Positions 1 to 11,617 of a stretch of DNA of 64,000 nucleotides are shown here, one piece after another; positions within the stretch are counted from its first letter, which is position 1; each line of letters starts with the position of its first letter. Both the position numbers and the translations under genes were made by a program. This DNA is from Eledone cirrhosa (taxonomy: Eukaryota): NCBI GenBank assembly GCA_964016885.1, contig OZ024740.1:425506001-425570000 (forward strand). The letters are read 5' to 3'. Under the pieces are notes generated by a model. It had not been told where the DNA came from and did not search any database. It was given only the letters and a program-made list of their open reading frames with translations.

Positions 1-3000
1 CCAAGTTACACTGAGAAGTACCAGGTAACACAGTGACCACTGACACCCAAGTTACACTGAGAAGTACCAGGTAACACAGTGACCACCGACACCCAAGGTA
101 CACTGAGAAGTACCAGGTAACACAGTGACCACTGACACCCAAGGTACACTGAGAAGTACCAGGTAACACAGTGACCACTGACAACCAAGGTACACTGAGA
201 AGTACCAGGTAACACACTGAACACTGACACCCAAGGTACACTGAGAAGTACCAGGTAACACAGTGACCACTGACAACCAAGTTACACTGAGAAGTACCAG
301 GTAACACAGTGACCACCGACACCCAAGGTACACTGAGAAGTACCAGGTAACACAGTGACCACTGACAACCAAGGTACACTGAGAAGTACCAGGTAACACA
401 CTGAACACTGACACCCAAGGTACACTGAGAAGTACCAGGTAACACAGTGACCACTGACAACCAAGGTACACTGAGAAGTACCAGGTAACACAGTGACCAC
501 TGACAACCAAGGTACACTGAGAAGTACCAGGTAACACAGTGACCACTGACACCCAAGTTACACTGAGAAGTACCAGGTAACACAGTGACCACTGACACCC
601 AAGGTACACTAAGAAGTACCAGGTAACACAGTGACCACTGACAACCAAGGTACAGTGAGAAGTACCAGGTAACACAGTGACCACTGACACCCAAGTTACA
701 CTGAGAAGTACCAGGTAACACAGTGACCACTGACACCCAAGGTACAGAGAGAAGTACCAGGTAACACAGTGACCACTGACAACCAAGGTACACTGAGAAG
801 TACCAGGTAACACAGTGACCACTGACACCCAAGTTACACTGAGAAGTACCAGGTAACACAGTGACCACTGACACCCAAGGTACACTCAGTAGTACCAGGT
901 AACACAGTGACTAATGACACCCAAGGTACAGGGAGAAGTACCAGGTAACACAATGACCACTGACACCCAAGGTACACTGAGAAGTACCAGGTAACACAGT
1001 GACCACTGACACCCAAGGTACACTGAGAAGTACCAGGTAACACAGTGACCACTAACAACCAAGGTACAGTGAGAGGTACCAGGTAACACAGTGACCACTG
1101 ACACCCAAGGTACAGTGAGAAGTACCAGGTAACTCAGTGACTAATGACACCCAAGGTACACTGAGAAGTACCAGGTAACACAGTGACCACTGACACCCAA
1201 GGTACAGTGAGAAGTACCAGGTAACACAGTGACCACTGACACCCAAGGTACACTCAGTAGTACCAGGTAACACAGTGACTAATGACACCCAAGGTACAGT
1301 GAGAAGTACCAGGTAACACACTGACTACTGACAACCAAGGTACACTCAGAAGTACCAGGTAACACAGTGACCACTGACACCCAAGTTACACTGAGAAGTA
1401 CCAGGTAACACAGTGACCACTGACACCCAAGGTACAGGGAGAAGTACCAGGTAACACAGTGACCACTGACACCCAAGGTACAGAGAGAAGTACCAGGTAA
1501 CACAGTGACCACTGACACCCAAGATACAGTGAGAAGTACCAGGTAACACAGTGACCACTGACACCCAAGTTACACTGAGAAGTACCAGGTAACACAGTGA
1601 CCACTGACACCCAAGGTACACTCAGTAGTACCAGGTAACACAGTGACTAATGACACCCAAGGTACAGGGAGAAGTACCAGGTAACACAATGACCACTGAC
1701 AACCAAGGTACACTGAGAAGTACCAGGTAACACAGTGACCACTGACACCCAAGGTACACTGAGAAGTACCAGGTAACACAGTGACCACTAACAACCAAGG
1801 TACAGTGAGAAGTACCAGGTAACACAGTGACCACTGACACCCAAGGTACAGCGAGAAGTACCAGGCAACACAGTGACCACTGACAACCAAGGTACACTGA
1901 GAAGTACCAGGTAACACAGTGACCACTGACACCCAAGGTACACTGAGAAGTACCAGGTAACACAGTGACCACTGACACCAAAGGTACACTGAGAAGTACC
2001 AGGTAACACAGTGACCACTAACAACCAAGGTACAGTGAGAAGTACCAGGTAACACAGTGACCACTAACAACCAAGGTACAGTGAGAAGTACCAGGTAACA
2101 CAGTGACCACTGACACCCAAGGTACAGGGAGAAGTACCAGGTAACACAGTGACCACTGACACCCCAGGTACATTGAGAAGTACCAGGTAACACAGTGACC
2201 ACTGACAACCAAGGTACACTGAGAAGTACCAGGTAACACAGTGACCACTGACACTCCAGGTACATTGAGAAGTACCAGGTAACACAGTGACCACTGACAC
2301 CCAAACTACACTGAGAAGTACCAGGTAACACAGTGACCTCTGACACCCAAGGTACACTGAGAAGTACCAGGTAACACAGTGACCACTGACACCCAAGGTA
2401 CAGTGAGAAGTACCAGGTACCACAGTGACCTCTGACACCCAAGGTACACTGAGAAGTACCAGGTAACACAGTGACCACTGACACCCAAGGTACACTGAGA
2501 AGTACCAGGTAACACAGTGACCTCTGACACCCAAGGTACACTGAGAAGTACCAGGTAACACAGTGACCTCTGACACCCCAGGTACACTGAGAAGTACCAG
2601 GTAACACAGTGACCACTGACACCCAAGGTACAGCGGGAAGTACCAGGTAACTCAATGACCACTGACACCGAATCTACAGAGAGAAGTACCAGGTAACACA
2701 GTGACCACTGACACCCAAGGTACACTGAGAAGTACCAGATAACACAGTGACCACTGACACCCAAGGTACATTGAGAAGTACCAGGTAACACGGTGACCAC
2801 TGACAACCCAGGTACACTGAGAAGTACCAGGTAACACAGTGACCACTGACACCCAAGGTACATTGAGAAGTACAAGGTAACACAGTGACCACTGACACCC
2901 AAGGTACACTGAGAAGTACCAGGTAACACAGTGACCACTGACACCTAGGGTACACTTAGAAGTACCAGGTAACACAGTGACCACTGACAACCAAGGTACA

Positions 3001-4590
3001 TTGAGAAGTACAAGGTAACACAGTGACCACTGACACCCAAGGTACATTGAGAAGTACCAGGTAACACGGTGACCACTGATAACCAAGGTACATTAAGAAG
3101 TACCAGGTAACACAGTGACCACTGATAACCAAGGTACACTGAGAAGTACCAGGTAACACAGTGACCACTGACACCCAAGGTACATTGAGAAGTACCAGGT
3201 AACACAGTGACCACTGACAACCCAGGTACACTGAGAAGTACCAGGTAACACAGTGACCACTGACACCCAAGGTACATTGAGAAGTACCAGGTAACACGGT
3301 GACCACTGACAACCCAGGTACACTGAGAAGTACCAGGTAACACAGTGACCACTGACACCCAAGGTACAGTACCAGGTAACACAGTGACCACTGACACCCA
3401 AGGTACAGTACCAGGTAACACAGTGACCACTGACAACCAAGGTACATTGAGAAGTACAAGGTAACACAGTGACCACTGACACCCAAGGTACACTGAGAAG
3501 TACCAGGTAACAGAGTGACCACTGACACCTAGGGTAAACTGAGAAGTACCAGGTAACACAGTGACCTCTGACACCCAAGGTACAGGGAGAAGTACAAGGT
3601 AACACAGTGACCACTGACACCCAAGGTACACTGAGAAGTACCAGGTAACACAGTGACCACTGACACCTAGGGTACACTGAGATGTACCAGGTAACACAGT
3701 GACCACTGACAACCAAGGTACATTGAGAAGTACAAGGTAACACAGTGACCACTGACACCTAGGGTACACTGAGAAGTACCAGGTAACACACTGAACACTG
3801 ACACCCAAGGTACACTGAGAAGTACCAGGTAACACAGTGACCACTGACACCTAGGGTACACTGAGAAGTACCAGGTAACACAGTGACCTCTGACACCCAA
3901 GATACAGTGAGAAGTACCAGGTAACACAGTGACCTCTGACACCCAAGATACAGCGAGAAGTACCAGGTAACACAGTGACCACTGACACCCAAGGTACAGC
4001 GAGAAGTACCAGGTAACACAGTGACCACTGACACCCAAGGTACACTGAGAAGTACCAGGTAACACAGTGACCTCTGACACCCAAGGTACACTGAGAAGTA
4101 CCAGGTAACACAGTGACCTCTGACACCCAAGGTACAGCGAGAAGTACCAGGTAACACAGTGACCACTGACACCCAAGGTACACTGAGAAGTACCAGGTAA
4201 CACAGTGACCTCTGACACCCAAGGTACAGTGAGAAGTACCAGGTAACACAGTGACCACTGACACCCAAGGTACACTGAGAAGTACCAGGTAACACAGTGA
4301 CCACTGACACCCAAGGTACACTCAGAAGTACCAGGTAACACAGTGACCACTGACAACCAAGGTACACTGAGAAGTACCAGGTAACACAGTGACCACTGAC
4401 AACCAAGGTACACTGAGAAGTACCAGGTAACACAGTGACCACTGACAACCAAGGTACACTGAGAAGTACCAGGTAACACAGTGACCACTGACACCCAAGG
4501 TACACTGAGAAGTACGAGGTAATACAGCGACTACTGACACCGAAGGTACACTGAGAAGTACCAGGTAACACAGTGACCACTGACACCCAA
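1..4590. repeat. 46-bp tandem satellite, ~100 copies, runs off the window's left edge
   Basis: Unit CCAAGGTACACTGAGAAGTACCAGGTAACACAGTGACCACTGACAC repeated head-to-tail with scattered substitutions. Two shortened units occur near 3360-3440. Confidence 0.98.
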
Positions 4591-4592
4591 GT

Positions 4593-4673
4593 GCGATTTC
4601 AGACGTTTCCCTTGAGCTCGTCTGCCGTCGTGAAACCTTTGGTATATGAAATAATTGTCTTATGTAGTTTATT

Positions 4674-4676
<3 letters not shown>
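4593..4676 (+). mobile_element. 5'-truncated fragment of the hammerhead-bearing element family seen at 49 kb and 55 kb
   Basis: CGATTTCAGACG...CGTCTG..TCGTGAAACCTTTGGTA.ATGAAATAATTGTCTTATGT.GTTTATTACA matches 49166-49248. It lacks the CTGACGA half of the core and is followed by (CA)n/(TA)n. Confidence 0.85.
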
Positions 4677-4738
<62 letters not shown>

Positions 4739-4856
4739 ATCATATAAAACGCACTTGATATGTTAATGCACACTTTTGAGCAAGCATCTTCTATCAAATA
4801 CACACATACGCAACACACACACACACAGACATATATATATATATACATATATATAT

Positions 4857-4946
<90 letters not shown>

Positions 4947-5736
4947 GATAGAAAATACTTGTTCAAAAGCAGGCAATGAAACTGAACCGCAAAACATGTG
5001 GTAACGGTGTTAAAATCTTAACCACTCCAAATTTTCTGTTCCTTGCTTTTCAAAAGTAAAAAAGATAAATAAAATAAAATAAAATAAATTAAAATCACCA
5101 TTAACAAGTTTGTAAAGGAATTGGATCTGTTACATAGGCATTCCGAGATAAAATTTCCGAAGAAAGAACGAACGAAAAGTGATGACATTCCTGCTTTTCT
5201 CGATAGGTAACTAGTGACAGCGTGAGGGTTAAGCTAAAACGATGCAACAGAGGTAATCGAAACCTATACAAGTAATCCGTTAGCCGAGGAAGTTTTATCT
5301 ATTTTCTACAGCGCTAACGTATGTTAGAATTCAACTTGAAGTTCCACAAAGTAAGTAAATATTAGCACATTGGAGTATTCAATGGTCCTTTTGTTGTGTA
5401 AAACCTTACAATTTCGAAAACACTGATAACATATTTTCCATAACAGCTTAATAGTCTTCTAACAAGGATTTTTTTCTTTCTTTTTAATTCCTTCTGAAGT
5501 AGATAGGGCCGTTTTTTCAAGAACATTTGTAAATCCTTGATGTGATATTTTGTATGTATAGATGGAATTCTTTCATGTAACTGAAACCAATCAGTTTGAT
5601 ATTGGTTGTCTTCAACCAACAACTTCAATCCAATAAGCAGTGAATAAATTGAAGCCATATGCTGTATTTGATAGCTTATTTTCTCATACATAATCCACTT
5701 AAAGTTATGTTAATGGTTAAATCCAGTAAAAACTGT

Positions 5737-5783
<47 letters not shown>

Positions 5784-5849
5784 TGTATATATATATATAT
5801 ATATGTATTTATAAATATTATATATATAAATATATTTATATATATATAA

Positions 5850-5932
<83 letters not shown>

Positions 5933-6124
5933 TATATATATATAGAAAGAGAGAGAGAGAAGTATGTATGTATGTATGCATGTATGTATATATGTATGTA
6001 TGTGTGATGGTGTGTTTGAATGTGTGTGTTTATGTGTAAATATATAATATGCATATATAAAATTCAATTATACATATCTGCATATAAAAACAAACCATCA
6101 TATATGTGTATATATATATATATA

Positions 6125-6200
<76 letters not shown>

Positions 6201-6230
6201 GTGTGTGCGCGTACGCGCGTGTGTGTGTAT
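4676..6230. repeat. Cluster of (TA)n/(CA)n/(TG)n microsatellites with unique spacers
   Basis: Dinucleotide tracts at about 4676-4733, 4832-4943, 5741-5942 and 6100-6230. Confidence 0.9.
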
Positions 6231-6484
6231 TGTGCGTCTCTTTATCTCTTTTGTACTGTTGCTGTCAACAACAAGATATTACGTATCACGTGGTATTAGA
6301 CTCAAGTGAGGGACCAACTTTCAAAGGTATGCGTTCAAATTACTGTTCTGAACATTATCTAATGCTCACCTTTACCAATTCTTTACCCAGTTAACATATA
6401 CATGTATATTCATCTTCAAGCTATTTCTGTATAAAAACAGAGTAGGTAAATGACACTGCACCAACTTGCATAAATATATACACA

Positions 6485-6865
6485 TCTGTATATATATAAA
6501 AGCGAGGATGTGTGTGTCTGTGTAAAACTTTGTATACTTAAGGCTTTTACAATTACCAACTGAATTTGACCAAATTTTCTGTGCACGTTGCACAGATCGC
6601 TAAGATTGTCACATCACAAACATTTTTCAAATCGACCCACGTTGAGCAATAAAAAATCGATATCAAAATTATCGGTAGCAAAATTGATGTAAGGGAGATA
6701 ACAAACTTTATTGACAATCCTTATAAAAAAGGGAGATAACCAACTTTATTGACAGAAATATAAACATCAGATTCATTTGAAGATAAATCACTAATATTAT
6801 CGTTTGTTTCTTGTTTATTCTTTGTTGCATTTCAAACCCCGGGCAACGCCGGGTAAATCTGCCAG
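6485..6865 (+). mobile_element. Short non-autonomous Helitron
   Basis: Starts A|TC(TGTATATATATAAAA). Subterminal hairpin CCCGG-GCAACG-CCGGG at 6838-6853, about 12 nt before a CCAG|T end (degenerate CTAG). Inserted between A and T. Two internal AAGGGAGATAAC motifs. Confidence 0.65.
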
Positions 6866-7194
6866 TATCTAATATGTAGGCATGTAAATATGCCAGAAGA
6901 CGTGTATATCATCCACGCAGGCAGAAGGAAACATGTATTTGATGGCTATATACGTCCTTTCTCAAACGGATGTACTAATCTGAGTATAGTTAGCGCTTTT
7001 GTTGGTAATAAATAAAGATATATAGTAAAAGGTAGCAGGCAAAGTGTATGACAGAGGTTTATATCTGCATAAATAGCGAGTGTGTAACCGAGATTGCATC
7101 AACGTGTATAAATGTATACACACATCTAATATGTAGGCATGTAAACATGTCAGAAAATACGAATTTCTCTGTAAACAAAAACAAAATGATAAAC

Positions 7195-7316
7195 GTCTTT
7201 AAACGATTTATGGATTTATTTTGACCCCACTCACATCAGAAGACATGTTTCCTTGTGGTTGATTGGATTATATACACGTCTTCTGATGAGGGTTCAATTA
7301 GATCCCAAAATCGATT
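7195..7316. ncRNA. Degenerate head-to-head pair of hammerhead relics
   Basis: + strand GTCTT-CTGATGA-GGG..CCC-AAAA(G>A)-TCGATT at 7278-7316. - strand GTCTT-CTGATGT...TAAATCGTTT-AAAGAC at 7195-7244. CATCAGAAGAC and GTCTTCTGATG form the inverted core. Confidence 0.4.
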
Positions 7317-7877
7317 ATTATTGTTTTTACTTGTCACGTGACCATTCATATTCTGACGTCGTAGGAAAAAAAAAAGAATTTCTACACACACACACAGACA
7401 AATAGACATAATTAACATTTCTGTACATTTGATTGGCGATTAACACGACAAAATAGACAGGAATTTCTTTTGAGATTGACACTACGCCCGTTTACTGAAC
7501 CGCGAATGTCTATATTTTTGGCGCAAGAACTACAACTAATTTCTATACGTGATCCTCAATTTTGGCGCAAAAAACTACAACAAAATTCTATGCCTAATCA
7601 CGTAATCATCCACAACTAATCGAATTGTACTTTAAACAGATAGCCATCTGAGTCACTATTTTTTTTGCATAAAACAGAAAGAAATTTTCCAGCCCATCAG
7701 ATGCGGGACACAACATGACATAGCCACACATCTCTCCATGTTACTTAATTTTTGAAAATCATACAACTGTGAAATAAGTAAAGTTGTTGTAAATAAATCT
7801 TCTTAAAAACTACAATTGCATTTTTAGATTCTTTTTCCTAATTTTTTACCCTTGTGGATTATAGAAAACACTTACTT

Positions 7878-7940
<63 letters not shown>

Positions 7941-8065
7941 TTAGTTAAGCAAAGCAAGACCACAAATTTCACAAGGAAGATATTATTAAAAGATTGTCAA
8001 CATATTTTAGTTTGATGTAAGGAATGTAGAGAATAATAATAATAATATTAATAATAATAATGTCC

Positions 8066-8185
8066 GTTTACAATTGTTTCGCTACTCCGTATAATATTTC
8101 TGGATCAGATGACTATATATCATAATTGATCTGGTTCAGTTGAAAATAATTAACATATTTAAAAGACAGAGCGGCTCATCGGAAC
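8066..8185 (-). ncRNA. Degenerate type I hammerhead motif in the 3' region of the Penelope-like element
   Basis: - strand GTT-CCGATGA-GCCGCTCTGT..(~80 nt)..ACGGAGTAGC-GAAA-CAATTG-TA-AAC. Stem II has 9/10 pairs, stem III is the palindrome ACAATTGT, triplet GUA. The core has a U4>C change and stem I is only 3 bp. Confidence 0.6.
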
Positions 8186-8561
8186 TTCAAAGGAATATAA
8201 ATTAAAATAATGAGAGAATGTTACATAATATAATGTTCCATATATTGGTTTTTACTATGGTGTCTTGGTTGCATCAGTTGTCAGACATAATTAAGCAGTA
8301 TTCATCTGTCGAGGCTGCATTGTGTGAGATCTGCCTATGGGTAACAAGATGGCTGCCAAAGGGCATATTTACCTTACTAATTAGAGGGTGGTTTCAGGGG
8401 AAGTAACTCCTCGAGAGATTAGAAATTGTGGGTGTTTATAGTTAAGTGCTAATTTTTAAATTTTTTAATTGAGAGACAATGTAGGGGAGGTAACTTATAA
8501 TTATCCAAGTTGTTCATAGCAATTTAACTTATTAGCTACAAGTAAAAATGGGGCTACATGA

Positions 8562-10572
8562 CTAAGTTGGGTCAAATATTCTATTGGCGAAGGAATTAGC
8601 CCTTCGATGTTGACAGCTAATAGTTACCTCCGTTCTATCGTTAATCGGTAGAGGTCGTGATAGAGTTATGTAATATGCTTCCGTAATACAGAGATCACAA
8701 GATTTTCTTCGTCCATTCAACGGTTGGGCCCTAGCCACGATATCCCATTTTAGTGAGTGTTGAACGTTGTTTAATTTAAAGTTTTTAATGAGTCTAGCTA
8801 GCGATGTCGAACATCTGCTGTTAGGGTCTCGGAAGGAAAAATAGTGCGCGTTATAGCGTACCTTAAAAGGGTTAGAGGTAGACCCGATATAAGAGCTGGT
8901 ATTCGAAGCAGTTTTAACCGTGCACCTATAGACTATGTTGGGTGTCAGGCAGTGTCCATTTAATGGGAATGCATTGGGGTAACGGCAGTTGCAGTTGCCT
9001 CTGCGGTTAGTGAGAGTAGGGTAGTTTAACCTAAGCGGTAGGTCCATGCTAGAAGGATTAGATGGGGTAGGTGTGCTACTAGAGTAATTATTGGTGTAGT
9101 GGCGTGGTGTATTTGATAGGGGTGGTGGTACCGCGGTGTGGGAGTTATACTGTCTTAGCTTATGATGGTTTCTGAATGCGGTGTGGCTAGCTAGGTTAGG
9201 TGTTGTGGAGATTGAGATTTTAATGTTATTTTTTTTAAAGAGTTTGTAATATCTATGGTTGGGGGGGAAATGTTTAGATAGGATAGAGAAGAAGCGTTTG
9301 GGGATATTAGTGGCTAGATTAGATGAGAATGGGGGGGTTAAGCCAGGTGATATTTCTAGGTCTATTCCTTCTAGGGGTTCTAGTGGAGTTGGTAGGGGCC
9401 TTCCTATGGTTATTATTACCTGGGGATTTGTTATTTGTCATCCCATTTCTCATTCCTATTCTAGGGTTGATTTTTAGTTTGCTATTTGGAGTGGGGAGCA
9501 GGCCGCTGTCACCATTAAAGTTCTCTGTATATGTGCTGTTACTGCTAAAATTCCGGCAAATCTGGCTATATGCTAAGGTATTTCTAGTTCTAGTGTTAAG
9601 TTTATTATGGTGAATTGCTGTGTTATGGCATTTAGGTATGTAATAAATTGATTGTTCATAACCATATTCAGAAAGAGCCTTATTATAATATTGTGCGTGG
9701 TTTATAAATATCTCCTCATTTGCTGATAGCATTGAGATCCTATACGAGATAGATTTGATTACTACTCTGATGACTGCCGGTGGGTGGTTAGAGTGTGGGC
9801 TAATATATGTGAATATTTCACCTGGTTTATGGTAAGGGTAATATAGGTTATTGTTGAGATCCAGGGTGACGTCTAGGAAGTTTACTACTTTATGGTTCGG
9901 CTCGATGGTGATAGAGAGACCGTTGTTTTTAAAGAATCTATGTAATTGTTTTTTTAGCAAATCGATTCCCCGATTAGTGCAATTGTGGACTGCAAATAGG
10001 GCGTCGTCCCTGTATATTCCACCTTGCATGGGTTGGATTTCGGCTCTGATGTTACGTAATAGGTAAATCCCAACTAAATCGGTGATTTGCGCGGAGTCAC
10101 TTGAGCCCATGGTAATGTCAAAGTTGTTTATTCTATCTTTTCTAGTCCAGAGTGCTCCGTTGAATTCAATGATAGTCTACCTAGCCATAAGTATGATGTT
10201 AATCTCATTATTGGTTATGTCCGAGTTGGTGCTGGCTAGGGCTAATGCTTTGTTGAGCAGTTCCGGGGTTATTGACGCGTAATAGCTGTCTATGTCAAAT
10301 TGGATGAACCTCATAGATTGCTTGGACCTTAGATCGGAGAACCATCTAATGACTTGGCCAGTGTTGGACCACAACTTGTAGGTGGTATCATCCCGTAGCC
10401 CAGGGATTATCCTATCAAGGATGTTCTTACTGATCCGGCCCAGGTCAGATGTGGTTGGGCTTATGTGTCTAATAGATGGGTTCTCTATAAAGTTTGGATT
10501 GTGATCCTTGAGAAAGAACCTTGGGGTTGTTGGTACATAAGGGTGGGTAAATCTATCCAGATGCAAGTCCAA
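8562..10572 (-). pseudogene. Penelope-like RT-GIY-YIG polyprotein, disrupted by one in-frame TAG and one +1 frameshift
   Basis: RT motifs FIQFDIDSYYASI, ITMGSSDSAQITDLVG, GIYRDD, NFLDVTLDL, SNHPP, WLNPP. Linker CNCR...FPLNGHC. EN motifs NIVYRC..YIGST..FKVRYNAH..CDLCITE..N.R.E..C.H. TAG at 10177-10179 is in frame with both RT ORFs. Removing one base from the G7 run at 9331-9337 restores NPPFSSNLATNIPKRFFSILSKHFPPNHRYYKLFKKNNIKIS through to the EN ORF. Confidence 0.92.
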
Positions 10573-10640
10573 TCTCTCCTCTCATATCTCTCCTATCTCC
10601 ATCTCTCTCTTTAAGATTGGTTACTCTTGAACAATGTATA

Positions 10641-10716
<76 letters not shown>

Positions 10717-11617
10717 AACCAGAAGAAATAGGGATAGGTATTATTTCAACATGTGTATTCGGTCACACATACTTCACGATTGATCAGGCTCAAACTTTTC
10801 TCATTCCCCTAACATTAGGTAACCTTAGATTCCGACTCCTTAGGTGACTAGCTCTTAAGATATATTGAAACTCCATCCTTTTAAGAGTGGTTTTTACCAG
10901 TTGTATTTTAATACCTCTAATGACCAATGACCTCAGTTTTTGGAACCTTGCCTTCCACAATAACATGTAATTTTCACCCTGATCACTGGCAAAACACGCT
11001 TAACTGAATAAATATTCTCTCTCCTGTATTTTTATACGGTGCGATCCTACTTGATATGAGTTATCAGAGATCTCCCGTTCCAACCATACACAAGAAATAA
11101 GTAATTCTGCAGCATTAAGAGCTGCAATAGCGACCAAAACAGCAATATCATGAACATTAACAGAATCAGCATCAGCAAACAACAACAATAACAGCGGGAA
11201 CACCAGATGTTACAATAGCAACAATCGAAGCAGCATTAAAATGGCAGGTCGGAGCAGCTTTTAAAATATAGTGGTAGTCAGAAATATATTAAATTAATAG
11301 TAAAAATATTTATAAATGTAAATAAATTGGTAAAAAGGTGGATTAAAATATGTCAAAGATACTAATTTTTAGGTCCCAAATTAAAATTAATTAACGTTCG
11401 TAAAAGCTCCTCATTTCATACAAACATGGAAGTAATTTAAATTTAGAGATTTACTTTAAAATGAACTGCACAAGAAAATATGGTATTTCGATAAAACATT
11501 TATATAAGCACTTTGTATAATTAAGACATTCAAGTTTAACGAAACAAAATGATTTCCCTGTATATTTGGTGGCTAGAAAACTACAGACACCACTGCTTGC
11601 CCTCTTGTAGGCCCTCA

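Larger units (their letters stand above)
7938..10572 (-). mobile_element. 5'-truncated Penelope-like retroelement (RT plus C-terminal GIY-YIG endonuclease), Hydra-clade-like
   Basis: Coding remnant at 10572-8562 plus a ~620-bp 3' region carrying a hammerhead-like motif. Flanked by (TA)n/(CA)n at 7883-7937 and (TA)n at 10645-10713. Confidence 0.88.

Noticed and set aside
1-4590. CRISPR-like array or RAG heptamer (CACAGTG) array
   Set aside because: There are no unique spacers and no cas genes. No nonamer lies 12 or 23 nt after the heptamer.
1-4590. Hammerhead within the 46-bp unit (CTGAGA..GTAA)
   Set aside because: The core lacks N7 and GAAA, and the stems do not close correctly.
6-4687. 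Many long Cys/Val/Trp-rich minus-strand ORFs
   Set aside because: They are translations of the 46-bp satellite. The unit is not a multiple of 3, so the same peptide cycles through all frames.
6277-6326. Possible small host exon (ITYHVVLDSSEGPTFK followed by GTATGC)
   Set aside because: The splice-like signals are weak, the segment is short and I found no partner exons.
9259-10282. Plus-strand ORFs overlapping the Penelope-like RT
   Set aside because: They are antisense shadows of the minus-strand coding sequence.
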